In this document: positions 62,544-64,000 of the stretch, piece after piece
How the letters are laid out: every line of letters begins with the position of its first letter
Position numbering within the stretch: position 1 is the first letter of the stretch
Assembly: GCA_965153455.1 (NCBI GenBank)
Contig: OZ234493.1
Coordinates: 36,384,213 to 36,448,212 of the forward strand
Direction of reading: 5' to 3'
DNA from: Sphagnum compactum
Lineage: Eukaryota
Length of the DNA: 64,000 nucleotides
Notes under the pieces: generated by a model
What the model was told of the DNA's origin: nothing
What the model saw: only the letters and a program-made list of their open reading frames with translations
The model's database searches: none
Program-made: the position numbers and the translations under genes

Positions 62544-63363
62544 TGTCGCAACCCCACGTTGTCCAAGTGTGGGGGTGAAGCCCAACACTTGGAAAAGTTG
62601 GAGGTTTGGAGTCCTCCGGGACTCCCGAATGTTCAGAGCTCAACAGCAAGCCCCAAAACACCTCGCATTGAGGTGTTCTTGGTGTCATTGGAAAGGTCTT
62701 GAAACGTAGATATCGAAAATGGCCTGGCATTGGCCATTCGGACATCTGCAGCCCAAGTTATGGGCAAAAGAAGGGCCGGGAGTCAAACTGGCAGTTTGAC
62801 TCCCGACCACTAAAAGTTGGGAATCGACCCTTTTCCGACGTTGCCTGAGGGAGTGCAACATGGCGTTGAAACGATCTCGACGAGGGCTACAACTTTGATT
62901 CAGACCTCGTTGCAATCGAACTCTGTAGTCGGGAGTTATGGCCATTCAAAGTTCCGGGAGTCCCGCCGGGACAGTTTCGGGACTCCATTTCGGGAGTCCC
63001 AAGAAAATGTGCCATTTGGATGTAGCCTCCGTGACGAGCTGTAGAGAATACTATAAGGGGGAAGGTGGTGGCTTCCCCCGAGTTCGGGCCGTGGTGAGTC
63101 TTGTGTGTCCAATTGCCCGTGGCTTGTCCCAACACCCAAGGGTGTCCCGAATGCTAAACTAACCTCCCATGGTTGGTTTTTGGATGCAGATTCACACAAG
63201 CTAAGCTAGTCCCTCTTCCTAGTCTAATCCTGGGGCTTCCAACTCGACCCTCTACCCCTTTCTAGAATTGGAAGTCGGGAGCGTGCCCTTCGGTCCCAAC
63301 TTTCCGCAACTTCACATTGGTGAACCCTCAAGTGGGTTCACCCCGGGACCAAGGAGCACGTCA
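62544..63363. mobile_element. Solo LTR (820 bp, TG...CA) inserted into the LINE endonuclease domain
   Basis: Starts TGTCGCAACCCC and ends GCACGTCA. Perfect 5-bp TSD CCGGC at 62539-62543 and 63364-63368. Removing it restores the LINE frame ...RTSAG-TAIL.... Confidence 0.9.
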
Positions 63364-64000
63364 CCGGCGCTGGTGCGCTGAGAGTTTCCCATCAGGATTC
63401 CCGGGTTCCAGAAGGCCTTGCCTTGCCAGAATTCGAGTCCCTTAGTTGAGTTGGAGACACCCAGCTCGTCCAGATGGTGCTCCTGAAAGAGGAGGATCTG
63501 CGGCGGGTTTTGGAGAGAGGTGATCCAAACTTTGATAAACTTTTGCTTGGGCGAGTCTTTGCCCAGCCCTCTGACGTTGAGGGAGACGAACGTCAGGGGT
63601 CTTTCAGACATGGGCTGGAGGAGTAAAGGCGGCCTGCTGGCCGAACGATCCCTGGAGGCTGCCCTATGCAGGCTCTGAGTTTTGCGGGTTGAGGAGCTCT
63701 GCCATCTGGGTACCTGGGAAGGGGTTCGCCTCAGCTGTGAGGTTGGGCTCAACACTTCCCAGGTCTAGCCTTATGTACCTCCTTTTCCTGGCAGCCTGTG
63801 GCGAAGCACGAAGCCAGGATGCTCGCCATCCTATGCTTGTATATTTGGTGGTCAATGCGGGAGGGCCCATTCTTGAGGAGTAGGTCATGCGCCTCAGCCG
63901 CGAATTCGGCTTCGTTGTTCATGACTGTGATGGAATCAGTTTCCTTCCAGTGCAGGTGGTGCTTGTTTTGTACGCTGATTGTGCTTGTGCATGTGTGTAT

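Larger units (their letters stand above)
58320..64000 (-). mobile_element. Decayed L1/Tx1-like LINE (ORF2: APE endonuclease, RT, C-terminal CCHC-like finger); 5' part runs out of the window
   Basis: APE: SLNVRGL, LLFQEHH, NTYAP, IGGDFN, SRIDKF, SDH. RT: KAPGSD, RPITLL, LDFEKAFDR, VRQGCPLAPYLF, and FAND in place of FADD next to a stop (~60545-60570). C-terminal finger: CKGC..ESAQHCLMDC. Many stops and frameshifts; the 3' boundary is approximate. Confidence 0.9.

Overview
This is eukaryotic, intron-rich, repeat-rich land-plant nuclear DNA. Gene structures and repeat style suggest a bryophyte, possibly Sphagnum (inference). Three intact protein-coding genes can be built by hand: a 10-exon alpha/beta-hydrolase lipase (-, 3469-8564), the RING-RING-ZZ N-degron E3 ligase PRT1 (-, 14091-15830, intronless CDS) and a 20-exon GH116 non-lysosomal glucosylceramidase (GBA2-like, +, 43176-52987). 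The rest is mostly mobile DNA. It includes a full-length 6.6-kb Helitron with exact ends (-, 21601-28239) and a decayed RepHel gene, two non-autonomous Helitrons (34972-36312, 56073-56402), a decayed hAT transposase, a dead L1-like LINE carrying a solo LTR with a perfect 5-bp TSD, and several MITEs and tandem arrays. The most striking observation is inside the large Helitron. It has captured the 5' end of an LRR receptor-like gene, which runs in the same reading frame into a phospholipase D exon ending in the second HKD motif and its splice donor. This is an exon-shuffled LRR-PLD chimera interrupted by a single in-frame TAG. A tiny piggyBac-like TTAA/CCC...GGG/TTAA element and two GC-AG introns were also seen. 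No rRNA, tRNA or CRISPR features could be supported. All family assignments come from recalled motifs, not database searches.
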